Origin: Escherichia phage vB_EcoM_DE15 | Length of the DNA: 53,998 nt | Direction: 5' to 3' (one strand) | Sequence record: NC_079184.1 | Shown here: piece after piece, positions 17,182 through 26,889 of the stretch | How the letters are laid out: each line of letters starts with the position of its first letter | Numbering within the stretch: position 1 is the first letter of the stretch | Program-made: the position numbers and the translations under genes | Notes under the pieces: generated by a model | The model's input: only the letters and a program-made list of their open reading frames with translations | Told to the model about the DNA's origin: nothing | Database searches by the model: none

Positions 17182-18097
17182 AGTTAGCTTACCCGACAGT
17201 GAGTGAACAAGACGGACGTCTATAACTTCCCACATGGCCTAGCTAGTTGGTGGTGTAAAAGACTGACCAAGGTGACGACAGCCAAAGTCGAGGGAGTGCG
17301 CGACTTTAAATAACGAGACTCTAGCAACTTGTTGCGATGATGGTGTAAGCCCATGCGTTTGGAAGCAGGACTCCAACTCAAACAAACCTGCAAGTTGCTC
17401 TGGGCATAACAATTGAAATTGCTGCCTCGCATTGAACGCGAGAAAGTTCAGGTAGTCACTTCCTAGAACAGTGTCCGAGAACACCCTCGCCAAAGTGCTT
17501 GAGAACGTTAGCTCTGTCTTGCCAGCATTAATGGCACGTTGGCCGCGTAAAGGCCACAGCGTCTGACCAACGTATCGGTCACCAAATTCAATGGATTCGT
17601 AGAGTTAATTAAACCTGCACGATGGGATAGGGATGAAGCATCCGAGGCCGACTGTGTAATTGTGAACTTATCGTTCGCCGAATCCGCCAATTTACCTCCA
17701 ACAGTTATGCCTCTGTTCAAAAGGCTCAAGAGAGCGTCTGGCATACCGTAGCGATACGGCTTAGTTGCGCTGATTGTGTTGTGCAGAAAGAAAGTTCAGG
17801 CTTTCGTTTGGGTTACTCCTCATCCCGAAGTTAGCTGGATTCAAAATCCAGACTATGTTCCTATACACATGAAATATGCAAGTCGAGGGTTCTTAATGTT
17901 CAAACATGATGCGAGCATTAAGCGGGTTTATACTTTTCCCCGATGGTCCCCATAAACAAGGCTGATTCACTTGGGCGGTTCGAATCAAATTTAATAAGTG
18001 TCTTGGCCGCAGTGGAAACATCATTTAAGCCAATGTTTTGTAATGTTCGTAATAGTCCACGTCAGGACACTTAATTAAATTTTAACTGGAGAGAGAC

Positions 18098-18319
18098 ATG
18101 AAAACTGCTGAAATTGCCGAAGAGATTTATAAGGCCGTAATAGCCAGCCAAATCACAAGTGAAGTCCTGCACATGGATATTGAAGAAGTTCGCAATGCCT
18201 TTGGTGGTTTTGCAATCTTGTCAATAGAAGCTGCGGAAGCACTGACAAACACGTACAATCAACGCGAATATGAAAAGCGTTCTGTACTAAATGCGTCATT
18301 ACAGGCGTCATTAAAATAA
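18098..18319 (+). CDS. Hypothetical protein (73 aa)
   Basis: GGAGAG RBS. Confidence 0.45.
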   Translation: MKTAEIAEEIYKAVIASQITSEVLHMDIEEVRNAFGGFAILSIEAAEALTNTYNQREYEKRSVLNASLQASLK

Positions 18320-18375
18320 TACCATTATCATGGTGCGGAGCTAATTAATCTCCCACCATATGAACCGGAGAGCAA

Positions 18376-19026
18376 ATGATTACTGCAACACTCGTTGACC
18401 ACATGGGCAGCGACCTCACAACTGTTAATGCTGCACGAGTTTCCTATGGTGCAGAGTCGCATGAAATATCTTTACGTGACGAGAAGCTGATTGAGTTTCT
18501 TGCAAAGCATAAGCACATTACGCCGTTTCGCCACGCACAGGTAACATTGCGTTGCAAAGCTCCAATCTTCATTGCACGTCAGCTTGGCAAACATCAAACT
18601 GGCTTTAGTTGGAATGAGGTTAGCCGTCGTTACAAAGATGGTGAAGCAATCTCTATTGAATGCTTTGTACCAGATGTTGTATTTGGTCGTCCTGAAAAGT
18701 TGATGACTCAGACTGCACAACCGTTGCCGCAAGATTTTGCTGACGATATTCATTATCGCATGGAAAGCCATAACAAGGCTTGCATCGCTGAGTATGAAAC
18801 GTTAATTGGTTTGGGGATTGCCCCAGAGCAAGCTCGCATGGTTCTTCCACAATCCATGACGACTGAATGGATTTGGACTGGCTCACTTTATGGCTGGGCA
18901 TCTATGTATAATCAACGTTCCTCCGAACATGCGCAATATGAAGTTCGCTTGTTTGCGGAAGAAGTGAATAAAATCATGTCAGAACTGTTCCCAATTTGTT
19001 GGAAGGCTCTGACCAACCAGGAATAA
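18376..19026 (+). CDS. thyX: ThyX-like flavin-dependent thymidylate synthase homolog with altered RHR motif
   Basis: AARVSYG, PFRHA, SRRY align to ThyX signature regions; canonical RHR position reads KHQ. Confidence 0.5.
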   Translation: MITATLVDHMGSDLTTVNAARVSYGAESHEISLRDEKLIEFLAKHKHITPFRHAQVTLRCKAPIFIARQLGKHQTGFSWNEVSRRYKDGEAISIECFVPDVVFGRPEKLMTQTAQPLPQDFADDIHYRMESHNKACIAEYETLIGLGIAPEQARMVLPQSMTTEWIWTGSLYGWASMYNQRSSEHAQYEVRLFAEEVNKIMSELFPICWKALTNQE

Positions 19027-19030
19027 ATAA

Positions 19031-20794
19031 ATGAACGTCAAGCAATGTGTGGCTAAGATTAAGCACGATGTACCAGACTGTAAATCCACATCTGGCAAGT
19101 CTTTACAGGTTTGGTTGAATGTCGATGAAGCTGGTAATAAGAACTTCTCTGGTTACTGCTTTGCGTGTGGCGTTCTAGTACCAAATCCTTATGGCAATAA
19201 TCCGGAGAACATTCCAGAGATTAAAGTCAAAACTCCAGAAGAAATTCAGGAAGAAGTTGATGAAATCACTGCTTGTCCTCCGTTTGATTTAACCCATCGC
19301 AGCATTGAGCCGGAGTTCTGGAAAGCTGCTGGTGTTCGACTTCTGTATTCAGAGTATGATGGTAAGACTCCAAATGCTCTGGCACATGGCTACACCAAAA
19401 ATGGTAAACTTGTTCGTTGGAAGATTAAACTTCTGAACAAGAAAGTTATGTGGTCCGTTGGCGACACCCAGGGTAACGACCCTTACAACTGGATGGCTGC
19501 AAAAGCAATTGGCGGTAAGACACTGTTCATCACAGAAGGTGAAGAAGACTGTATCGCATTGCGTCAAATCCTCAAAACCATGAACCGTGGTGGTGCATAT
19601 GAAGATTTGGATTTTGCTGTAATTAGTTTGAGTGACGGGAGTGATTCCGTACACAAATGTTTGTCACCAGTTGCAGAAGAAATTAAGCAACGTTGGGAGC
19701 AGGTTGTTATTGTATTTGATGACGATGAACCTGGACGTAAAGCTGCAAAAGAAGCATGCCGATTGTTGCCTGGTGCAATGATTGCAACTCTTCCGGCTAA
19801 CGATGCCAACGATTGTTTGAAGCGTGGCTTGCTCAAAGCTACTCAATCTGCTGTTGTATTCCGTGCTGCTCGTCCTCTACCTACAGCACTTGTCAATAAA
19901 GAACTTCTTATGGAAGAACTTGATGATGAGGTTGAACAAGGTGTGGACTATCCTTGGCCCAAGTTAACCGACTTAATGTTTGGTCAACGTCGAGCCGAAG
20001 TTATTACAATCGGTGGTGCAGAAGGTGGTGGTAAAACTACGCTGTCCCGTCAGATTGTGCATCACAACATTACCAAGCATGATTGGGGAGTGTTTACTGC
20101 ATACATGGAGGAAACTCCTACAGAAACATTGCGCCGAATGGCTGGCCTCAATGACAACTTGCCATATTGGGAGCCTGCGTTTACTCGTGAAGACCCTCGA
20201 TATGATGAAGCTAAGTTCCGTCAAACTGCTGCGAAGATGCTTCGTAACATGGAGATTTGGGACCGCAAGCAAGCTGGAGAAGACCCTTATGAAACCTGGG
20301 ATGGGTTAAAGACGATTCTTCGTCAGATTGGACCAGACATTGATATGTTTGTCCTTGATAACTTAACCTACTTATCGGAAGGGATTTCTGCCTCAGAGAA
20401 GAACGACTTCTTAGGTAAGCTGTATGCAGATATTACTAAGCTGGCAGACCAATATCAGTTCCATGTAAATATTCTGTCGCACCTTAACCCTGTGGCAAAA
20501 GGTCAACGACCTCATGAGGATGGTGGACGTATTAAGAAGTCAGACTTTACTGGCTCCCGTGCTGCTGCTAAGTATTCTCATGGTATGTTCGGCTTTGAGC
20601 GTAATAGCCAGGCAGTTGACCCAAACTGTTCTATCATTCGTTCTATTAAGGCTCGTAAGAGTGGTAAAACAGAAGGCTTCAAAACGTACTACGACACCGA
20701 ATCTGGTCGAATCATTCAACGTTCTTGGGATGACTCGCTGTTCGAAACTAAAGAGATTGTTCAACTTACCAAGAAGAACGGTCCTCATCAATAA
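19031..20794 (+). CDS. DNA primase/helicase (T7 gp4-like)
   Basis: N-terminal Cys zinc finger, TOPRIM FITEGEEDCIAL, Walker A GGAEGGGKTT. Confidence 0.85.
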   Translation: MNVKQCVAKIKHDVPDCKSTSGKSLQVWLNVDEAGNKNFSGYCFACGVLVPNPYGNNPENIPEIKVKTPEEIQEEVDEITACPPFDLTHRSIEPEFWKAAGVRLLYSEYDGKTPNALAHGYTKNGKLVRWKIKLLNKKVMWSVGDTQGNDPYNWMAAKAIGGKTLFITEGEEDCIALRQILKTMNRGGAYEDLDFAVISLSDGSDSVHKCLSPVAEEIKQRWEQVVIVFDDDEPGRKAAKEACRLLPGAMIATLPANDANDCLKRGLLKATQSAVVFRAARPLPTALVNKELLMEELDDEVEQGVDYPWPKLTDLMFGQRRAEVITIGGAEGGGKTTLSRQIVHHNITKHDWGVFTAYMEETPTETLRRMAGLNDNLPYWEPAFTREDPRYDEAKFRQTAAKMLRNMEIWDRKQAGEDPYETWDGLKTILRQIGPDIDMFVLDNLTYLSEGISASEKNDFLGKLYADITKLADQYQFHVNILSHLNPVAKGQRPHEDGGRIKKSDFTGSRAAAKYSHGMFGFERNSQAVDPNCSIIRSIKARKSGKTEGFKTYYDTESGRIIQRSWDDSLFETKEIVQLTKKNGPHQ

Positions 20795-20859
20795 CAGAGC
20801 TGCTACGCTGCATGGTTCGCCCACCAGCGTAGCCCTCACCAATCCATTGGAGCCATACT

Positions 20860-22794
20860 GTGTTGTATCCTTGGGAAAACATGTACGCCAGTGACATTGA
20901 AACAACTGGCCTGTTGGAGCAAATGCGTAAGCAAGCTGCACCACGTCTTCACAACATTGGATATATTGATGTTCTGACTCGTGAAGAAACTGTAATAGAG
21001 TGGACCGACAGAAAATCTATCCAAGCATTTCTGGATACAGGCCCAACATTAATCATGCACAACGGCGCAACCTTTGACTTTGAAGCACTGAGGTTCCTAG
21101 GCTACGACGTTTCAAAATGTACACTAATTGATACTTTGTTTATCAGTTGGTATCTGCAACCTCGTCGTGTTAAGCACGGCTTAGAAGGTTACGGCGAAGA
21201 GTTTGGTGTGCCAAAACCAGTCATTGAAGATTGGGAAAATCAAACTCAAGAAGAGTACAACCATCGTGTGATGGAAGACTGCAAGATTCAGTTGAAGCTG
21301 TGGGAACAGCAATACATTCAACTCTTGAAGATTTATAAATCTCCTAGCGAAGTTAAGCGCTTCGTTGAATATCTGATGACAAAAGCTCGTCAACAAGTTA
21401 TTCAACAACGTACTCGCTGGAAGCTGAACATTGAGAAGGCATTGGCGTTTAAGGCCAAGCTGGAGCCAATGATTAAAGAGAAGACGGACGCATTGGAAGC
21501 ATCAATGCCGCGTGTTCCGGAATACGTTATCAAAACCCGTCCAGCTAAATGCCACAAGATGAACGGGCAACTGTCTGCCACTGGAATTAAGTGGAAGGCC
21601 ATTTGTGATGCAAACGGTTTGGACTGGAAAGACCCAGACTTAGCTATCAAGGTTCTTAAAGGCTATAAGAAGCCTAATGCTGGTTCACATGTTCAAATTA
21701 AAGATTGGTTGTTCAGCTTAGGCTGGGAACCAGAAACCTTTAAGTTTGACCGTAATAAGGAAACAGGTGAAACTCGCCAGATTCCACAAATCACTGTGAA
21801 GGATGAGGATGGCAATCCTGAAATATGTCCGAGCTTGCATAAGCTGGCGGAAAGAAACCCCGACTCTGGTATTCAACATCTTATTGGGATGGGCGTGTAT
21901 AAACACCGTCTGTCTGTTGTTAATGGCTTCCTTCGCGACGTCGATGAAGATGGGTTCCTTACTGCACGATGCGGTGGCCTTACCAATACTTTACGCCTTA
22001 AACATCGCGAACTTGTTAACCTCCCTTCTATTCGTGTATTTGGCGGTGAAGAACTGCGTTCAATGTTGGAAGCGTGGCGCGAAGACTACGAACAGTTAGG
22101 CTCTGACTTGTGTTCTCTGGAAGACCGCTGTAAGCACCACTTCCAGTGGATGTATGACCCTGAATACGTTAAGAAGCAGTTGGCACCAGACTATGATGCT
22201 CACCTTGCAATTGGCGTGATTGGTGGATTCATTACTGAACAAGAATCCCAGGACCACAAGGACGGAATTAAGAAGTGTAAACAACGTCCAATGTTTAAGA
22301 CCACAAACTATGCTTGTCAGTATGGTGCTGGTGTACCAACTGTAGCTCGTTCTGCTGGCTGTGACCAGACTACTGCTGCACGACTGCATAAAGCATATTG
22401 GGACTTGAACTGGTCTATTAAAGAGATTGCTGCAAACACTAAAGTGGTAACAATTGATGGTCAGATGTGGCAACAGAATCCAGTAAACAAATTCTGGTAT
22501 TCACTGCGTACAGAGAAAGACCGCTTCTCCACATTGTGTCAGGGTACTGGTGCATATGTGTTTGATGTTTGGTGCAACAACATCATTGCAATTTGTAATG
22601 AACGTTGGGGCTGTGACCCACTTCTGTCCGGACAATTCCACGACGAATTGATTCTCCAAGTTAAGAAAGGTTTCCGTGATTTGTGGACGGACTTGCTTAA
22701 TGAGGCAATGGACCGAACCAACAAAGAACTTAAACTTAACCGTGATTGTGCATGTGATGTGCAGTTCGGTGATAACTACGCGGAGATTCACTGA
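20860..22794 (+). CDS. Family A DNA polymerase with 3'-5' exonuclease domain (644 aa)
   Basis: Exo I DIETTGL; motif B KQRPMFKTTNYACQYGAG; motif C QFHDELIL. Confidence 0.8.
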   Translation: MLYPWENMYASDIETTGLLEQMRKQAAPRLHNIGYIDVLTREETVIEWTDRKSIQAFLDTGPTLIMHNGATFDFEALRFLGYDVSKCTLIDTLFISWYLQPRRVKHGLEGYGEEFGVPKPVIEDWENQTQEEYNHRVMEDCKIQLKLWEQQYIQLLKIYKSPSEVKRFVEYLMTKARQQVIQQRTRWKLNIEKALAFKAKLEPMIKEKTDALEASMPRVPEYVIKTRPAKCHKMNGQLSATGIKWKAICDANGLDWKDPDLAIKVLKGYKKPNAGSHVQIKDWLFSLGWEPETFKFDRNKETGETRQIPQITVKDEDGNPEICPSLHKLAERNPDSGIQHLIGMGVYKHRLSVVNGFLRDVDEDGFLTARCGGLTNTLRLKHRELVNLPSIRVFGGEELRSMLEAWREDYEQLGSDLCSLEDRCKHHFQWMYDPEYVKKQLAPDYDAHLAIGVIGGFITEQESQDHKDGIKKCKQRPMFKTTNYACQYGAGVPTVARSAGCDQTTAARLHKAYWDLNWSIKEIAANTKVVTIDGQMWQQNPVNKFWYSLRTEKDRFSTLCQGTGAYVFDVWCNNIIAICNERWGCDPLLSGQFHDELILQVKKGFRDLWTDLLNEAMDRTNKELKLNRDCACDVQFGDNYAEIH

Positions 22795-23039
22795 TGCGTG
22801 TTCTGGCAGTATACGACCTTCATGGTCAACAACTTTATCAAGCGGCTGGAGATGTTCCGGCCACAGAATTGGCGTTGTCTTTAGTTGAGATGCACGCTTT
22901 GGCATTATTTGGTGATGGGTTTACAGACAACTCTGTCTATAAAGCCACAATTAAATCGTTGAAGGAATCAAAAGATTTCTCCGACACTCAATCAATCCTG
23001 TCCAGCGTGGATATGGATTCTCACATTATTGAAATTTAA
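22794..23039 (+). CDS. Hypothetical protein (81 aa)
   Basis: ORF overlapping polymerase stop (TGATG). Confidence 0.45.
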   Translation: MRVLAVYDLHGQQLYQAAGDVPATELALSLVEMHALALFGDGFTDNSVYKATIKSLKESKDFSDTQSILSSVDMDSHIIEI

Positions 23040-23050
23040 AGGTACTCAAA

Positions 23051-23917
23051 ATGGCATTTGCTGCTCCTACACTGGCCTCGAACAAGACTCCTTCTGCTGC
23101 ACCATTACTGGAAGCGGGTGGTTATCCTGCTCGTGTTTGCCGTATTATCGACCTGGGCTTACAGCCTGGTTCTGCTAAATATCCTACTCCGTCCCTGAAA
23201 CTTCTGGTGACTTTCGAACTGCTCGACGAGTACATGAAAGAAGTTGACGGTGAGGGCAAAATGGTCATGGTTCAAGACCCAGACGAAGATGACGGCATCA
23301 TGATGGCGAAGAATCTTGAAGACAAGCCGCGTTGGTTTGACTTTGAGTTTACCTATAATGCTGACGGCTTCATGGGTGAGAACTCCCACATCTACAAATT
23401 CGCTAAGGCGATTGATGCACTGGAAGTTAAACCTAACCTGGAACAAGGCATTCAGGGCCATCCTGCCAAGAACCTGCCGGACTGGTTGGGCGAACCTCTG
23501 ATTGTTGGCATTGTTCAATATACCAAGCAGTCAGGTAAGAATGCTGGTCAGGTTGCGAACAAAGTTGCTACCTTCTCCCCGATGAAGTCTAAAGAGAAGA
23601 AAGAAGCTAAAGCCCTGGTTAACCCGACTGTCTTCTTTGACATGTCCGAGCCGGACTTAGAAGTATTCAACAAACTGCCAGGTGGCGAATCTCCGTATGC
23701 AATCAAGAACCGTATTACTTCCGGTGTTGATTTCTACAAGACTAAGCTGTCTGCACTGTTAGGCGGTAAACCTGCCGATGAAGGTGCTGTACCGAATCAG
23801 GCCTCTGATGAAGAAGTTGATGCAGCTATGAAAGCTGAACTGGAAGCACAGGCTGCTGCAAAAGCACAGCGTGAAGCGGAAGGTGGTGCTGCTGGCGGTA
23901 CGGGTATGCCGTTCTAA
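23051..23917 (+). CDS. Highly expressed 288-aa protein of replication module; possible ssDNA-binding protein
   Basis: Host-like codon usage; acidic Ala-rich C-terminal region ending in Phe; position between polymerase and exonuclease. Confidence 0.3.
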   Translation: MAFAAPTLASNKTPSAAPLLEAGGYPARVCRIIDLGLQPGSAKYPTPSLKLLVTFELLDEYMKEVDGEGKMVMVQDPDEDDGIMMAKNLEDKPRWFDFEFTYNADGFMGENSHIYKFAKAIDALEVKPNLEQGIQGHPAKNLPDWLGEPLIVGIVQYTKQSGKNAGQVANKVATFSPMKSKEKKEAKALVNPTVFFDMSEPDLEVFNKLPGGESPYAIKNRITSGVDFYKTKLSALLGGKPADEGAVPNQASDEEVDAAMKAELEAQAAAKAQREAEGGAAGGTGMPF

Positions 23918-23927
23918 TTATAAATAT

Positions 23928-23951
23928 GGCTCCTTCGGGAGCCTTTAATTT
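23928..23951 (+). terminator. Perfect UUCG-tetraloop hairpin (GGCTCC-TTCG-GGAGCC) followed by TTTAATTT
   Basis: Read directly from sequence; sits 11 nt after the upstream stop. Confidence 0.55.
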
Positions 23952-23964
23952 GGAGCTTACCAAA

Positions 23965-24987
23965 GTGAGTAAGAAACGAGTTTTGTTGCTGGTTGACGGC
24001 GACATGGTTGCATTCAGTCACTGTGCTGCTGAGGAATACGGCAAAGATTCAGAAGATATTAACTTTGCTAAGATTCAAATGTCAATGGATTCCAAGATGG
24101 AATTCCTTGCGAAACGTGTAGGAGCTACAGAAGTAGTTACCTGCATTTCACCATCCAAAACATTCCGTAACGTTCTCGCCGAGAATTACAAAGGCAATCG
24201 TGATGACGTATGGCGACCAGAAAACTTGAAGAATGCGAAAGCACATCTTATGGTTGCCTGGAACGGTGTATGGATGAAAGGTCTGGAAGCAGATGACCTT
24301 CTTGCTGTATTCGCACGTCATGAATACGAAATGACAATGGGTAAACGTAATGAGATTAAGAGCCTCAAGCGCATTGGTCCTTGCACATATGATGAAGTCT
24401 GGATTGCGTCGTTGGACAAAGACTTGCGACAAATCGGGCAGAACGGTAGTGTTGGTCCAGTAATTAAACATTATCAATGGGAACGAGAAACCCAGGGTAT
24501 TGGTGAGAAGGTTGTAACTCCGAAGGATTACGGCGAACTCAAACTAATCATCAAGGACAATGGCAAGTCGAAGAAGAAAGAAGTTAAGGGCAATGGCCCT
24601 AAATTCTTCTTGCATCAATTGCTTATTGGCGACTCAACGGATAACGTTATGGGTTGCGGAGTTCTTGAAGAAAGAATTTACAAAACTGGTGCCAAAGCCG
24701 GAGAAACTTATTTCCGTCGTGATGGCATTGGTGCAGTTGCTTCATTCGAAATGCTGGATGGTACAACATCCTATGCAGAAGGTTTGAAGAAAGTTATTGG
24801 TGCATACATTATGCGCTTCGGAGATGGTTGGGAACAAGAGCTGCTCAAAGTGGGCCGTCTTGTTTACATGCACCATCAAATTGAAAAGGGTAATTGTGTT
24901 CGCTTGTGGCATTACAAGAACATTAACGAATACTTTGACCTTAAAGAGAATCGTATCCTCACTCAAGAAGAGTACCTCCAGAAATAA
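23965..24987 (+). CDS. 5'-3' exonuclease (FEN / T7 gp6-like); GTG start after hairpin (ORF track ATG 23926)
   Basis: LLLVDGDMVAF N-terminal acidic motif; GGAG RBS before GTG 23965. Confidence 0.7.
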   Translation: MSKKRVLLLVDGDMVAFSHCAAEEYGKDSEDINFAKIQMSMDSKMEFLAKRVGATEVVTCISPSKTFRNVLAENYKGNRDDVWRPENLKNAKAHLMVAWNGVWMKGLEADDLLAVFARHEYEMTMGKRNEIKSLKRIGPCTYDEVWIASLDKDLRQIGQNGSVGPVIKHYQWERETQGIGEKVVTPKDYGELKLIIKDNGKSKKKEVKGNGPKFFLHQLLIGDSTDNVMGCGVLEERIYKTGAKAGETYFRRDGIGAVASFEMLDGTTSYAEGLKKVIGAYIMRFGDGWEQELLKVGRLVYMHHQIEKGNCVRLWHYKNINEYFDLKENRILTQEEYLQK

Positions 24988-24998
24988 TTGGAGTTGGA

Positions 24999-25523
24999 AT
25001 GGCTTACGGTTATTGTGGAACGGAAGCCAAGTTTGTATCTTGGCTCCAATCTGCTATTCGAAGTGTTTGGTCTAAACACCCAAGCAAACTTGCGCTAATA
25101 CAATCTCGACGCATTGCATTGAAGGTCGGTGACTCAAAGAAACCAATCTTCCACATTCAATGTTACCATTGCAAGAAGTTGTATAAGCTCAAAGAGATTG
25201 AAGTAAACCACAAAGTTCAAGTTGGTGGCCTCCTTAAATTGGAAGACCTGCACCGCTTTGTGGACAACCTTCTACTGGTTCAGCCAGAAGATTTGGAATT
25301 GCTGTGTAAAGATTGTCACGGCATTATCACATACATGGAACGATATGGTGTATCACGTCGTGATGCAGTCATTGAGAAGAAGTGTATTGCGTTTGCCAAA
25401 TTGTCTGACGAAGAGCAAATTGCCAAGTGCAATCTTGCTAAAATAGAGCCAGTTCCTAAAACCAAAATCGGACGCAAGAATGCTGTTCGAGAATACCTGA
25501 GAAAGAATCTTAATGTCTATTAA
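24999..25523 (+). CDS. HNH endonuclease
   Basis: CYHCKK...EVNHKV...LLCKDCHG. Confidence 0.6.
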   Translation: MAYGYCGTEAKFVSWLQSAIRSVWSKHPSKLALIQSRRIALKVGDSKKPIFHIQCYHCKKLYKLKEIEVNHKVQVGGLLKLEDLHRFVDNLLLVQPEDLELLCKDCHGIITYMERYGVSRRDAVIEKKCIAFAKLSDEEQIAKCNLAKIEPVPKTKIGRKNAVREYLRKNLNVY

Positions 25524-26268
25524 GCTCCTCGATGATGGTACAAAATACACAAAGGCTCACGCACATGATTGGGAAGACCCAGACTGCCGTATCAAAGGGC
25601 GCTGTGAACTCTTCATCAAGATTGACGGAATTCGAGCTATCCGTAATAAATCAGGTAGTGTCTGGAGTCGTAATTCCAAACCCCTACCTCATTTGGACCA
25701 CTTACAGTTCAGAGATGCTGAGATATTCCGTAATAGTTGGAATGAGACTTCTAGCATCCTCGGACGTATTGACCCGCCAAGCATCCCTCTAACCCAGGAC
25801 AATGTGTATGAGCTTAGTGATGGTGCTGTTGACCCACGCTTGTACATCGGCTGGTGCAAAGACCCAAGCAATGAAAACCTTAAGGCATTGATGGATAAAT
25901 ATCTGGCGCTTGGTCATGAAGGTATCATTGTCCGTGATGCAAAAGGTAAATGGTGGAAGATTGTACCATATAAATATGCCGATGTGAAGATTACTGGCAT
26001 GAAAGAAGGTACTGGTGCTCTTAAAGGTATGTGTGGTTCTATCTCCTCGAACTACGGCAGTGCTGGCTCAATGGTGAAAGATTGTCTGGCAGACCACGGT
26101 ATTCCAGAATCTAACACATTGATTCGTAAGTGGTTGTGGGAACATCGCCACGAGCTAATTGGTTCGATTATGCAAGTTCGATATCGTGAGAAGACAGAAG
26201 CTGGCAAGTTCCGGTTCCCGTCACTCGTTCGTTTACGTGCAGACAAAAGTGAGGAAAGTTTTGATTAA
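25513..26268 (+). CDS. ATP-dependent DNA ligase (small)
   Basis: Motif I KIDGIRA (KxDGxR). Confidence 0.7.
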   Translation: MSIKLLDDGTKYTKAHAHDWEDPDCRIKGRCELFIKIDGIRAIRNKSGSVWSRNSKPLPHLDHLQFRDAEIFRNSWNETSSILGRIDPPSIPLTQDNVYELSDGAVDPRLYIGWCKDPSNENLKALMDKYLALGHEGIIVRDAKGKWWKIVPYKYADVKITGMKEGTGALKGMCGSISSNYGSAGSMVKDCLADHGIPESNTLIRKWLWEHRHELIGSIMQVRYREKTEAGKFRFPSLVRLRADKSEESFD

Positions 26269-26887
26269 GCGATTAGCTGTTATTCTCAATGGACCTCCTG
26301 GCTGCGGTAAAGACACCATTGCAAATAAGATTGTTGCTGCCGAGGAACCTTACTTTCTTGGCAGACGCAAATTCATTAAACACCAGTTTAAGGATGCACT
26401 GTATGAGCATACTGCCAAACACTTTCAAGTTGATGTGGACAAGTTTATCCACTACGCTTCGGACCGTGACCTCAAAGACTCTATCTCCCTTGCAGGTCTT
26501 GGTGGCAGAACACCTCGTCAGGCTCTTATTCACGTTAGCGAAGATGTGTATAAACCTCGCCACGGACAAGACTACTTCGGTAAGGTTGAAGCTGCTCGTG
26601 TTGAAGAACTCGCGGGGCGTATGGGTGGCATTATTAATGTCATTTATCCCGATGGCGGTTTTGGTGATGAAGTCGTTGCCATTGAGTCTGCTTATGATTT
26701 TGTCCTCATTGTGCGTTTGCATCGTGATGGTTTTGATTTCAAGGGCGATTCTCGCAGATACATCGAACTCCCAAACACACCTACCCGCGTAACAGTGGAT
26801 GAACATCTAATTGATGGTAAAGTGGGTGATTCTGTATTCAAAGTGTTCAACTGGATTGAGCGCGTAACTCATCAAGTAGAGAAATAA
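26261..26887 (+). CDS. Deoxynucleoside monophosphate kinase-like P-loop protein (TTG start)
   Basis: VILNGPPGCGKDT Walker A; FKDAL; resembles T4 gp1 as recalled; GAGGAAAG RBS. Confidence 0.55.
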   Translation: MIKRLAVILNGPPGCGKDTIANKIVAAEEPYFLGRRKFIKHQFKDALYEHTAKHFQVDVDKFIHYASDRDLKDSISLAGLGGRTPRQALIHVSEDVYKPRHGQDYFGKVEAARVEELAGRMGGIINVIYPDGGFGDEVVAIESAYDFVLIVRLHRDGFDFKGDSRRYIELPNTPTRVTVDEHLIDGKVGDSVFKVFNWIERVTHQVEK

Positions 26888-26889
26888 TC

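Noticed and set aside
15015-18097. Group I intron interpretation of the low-coding island around the HNH gene
   Set aside because: I could not recognise conserved group I core elements, and the flanks are not halves of an identifiable interrupted gene; left as unresolved.
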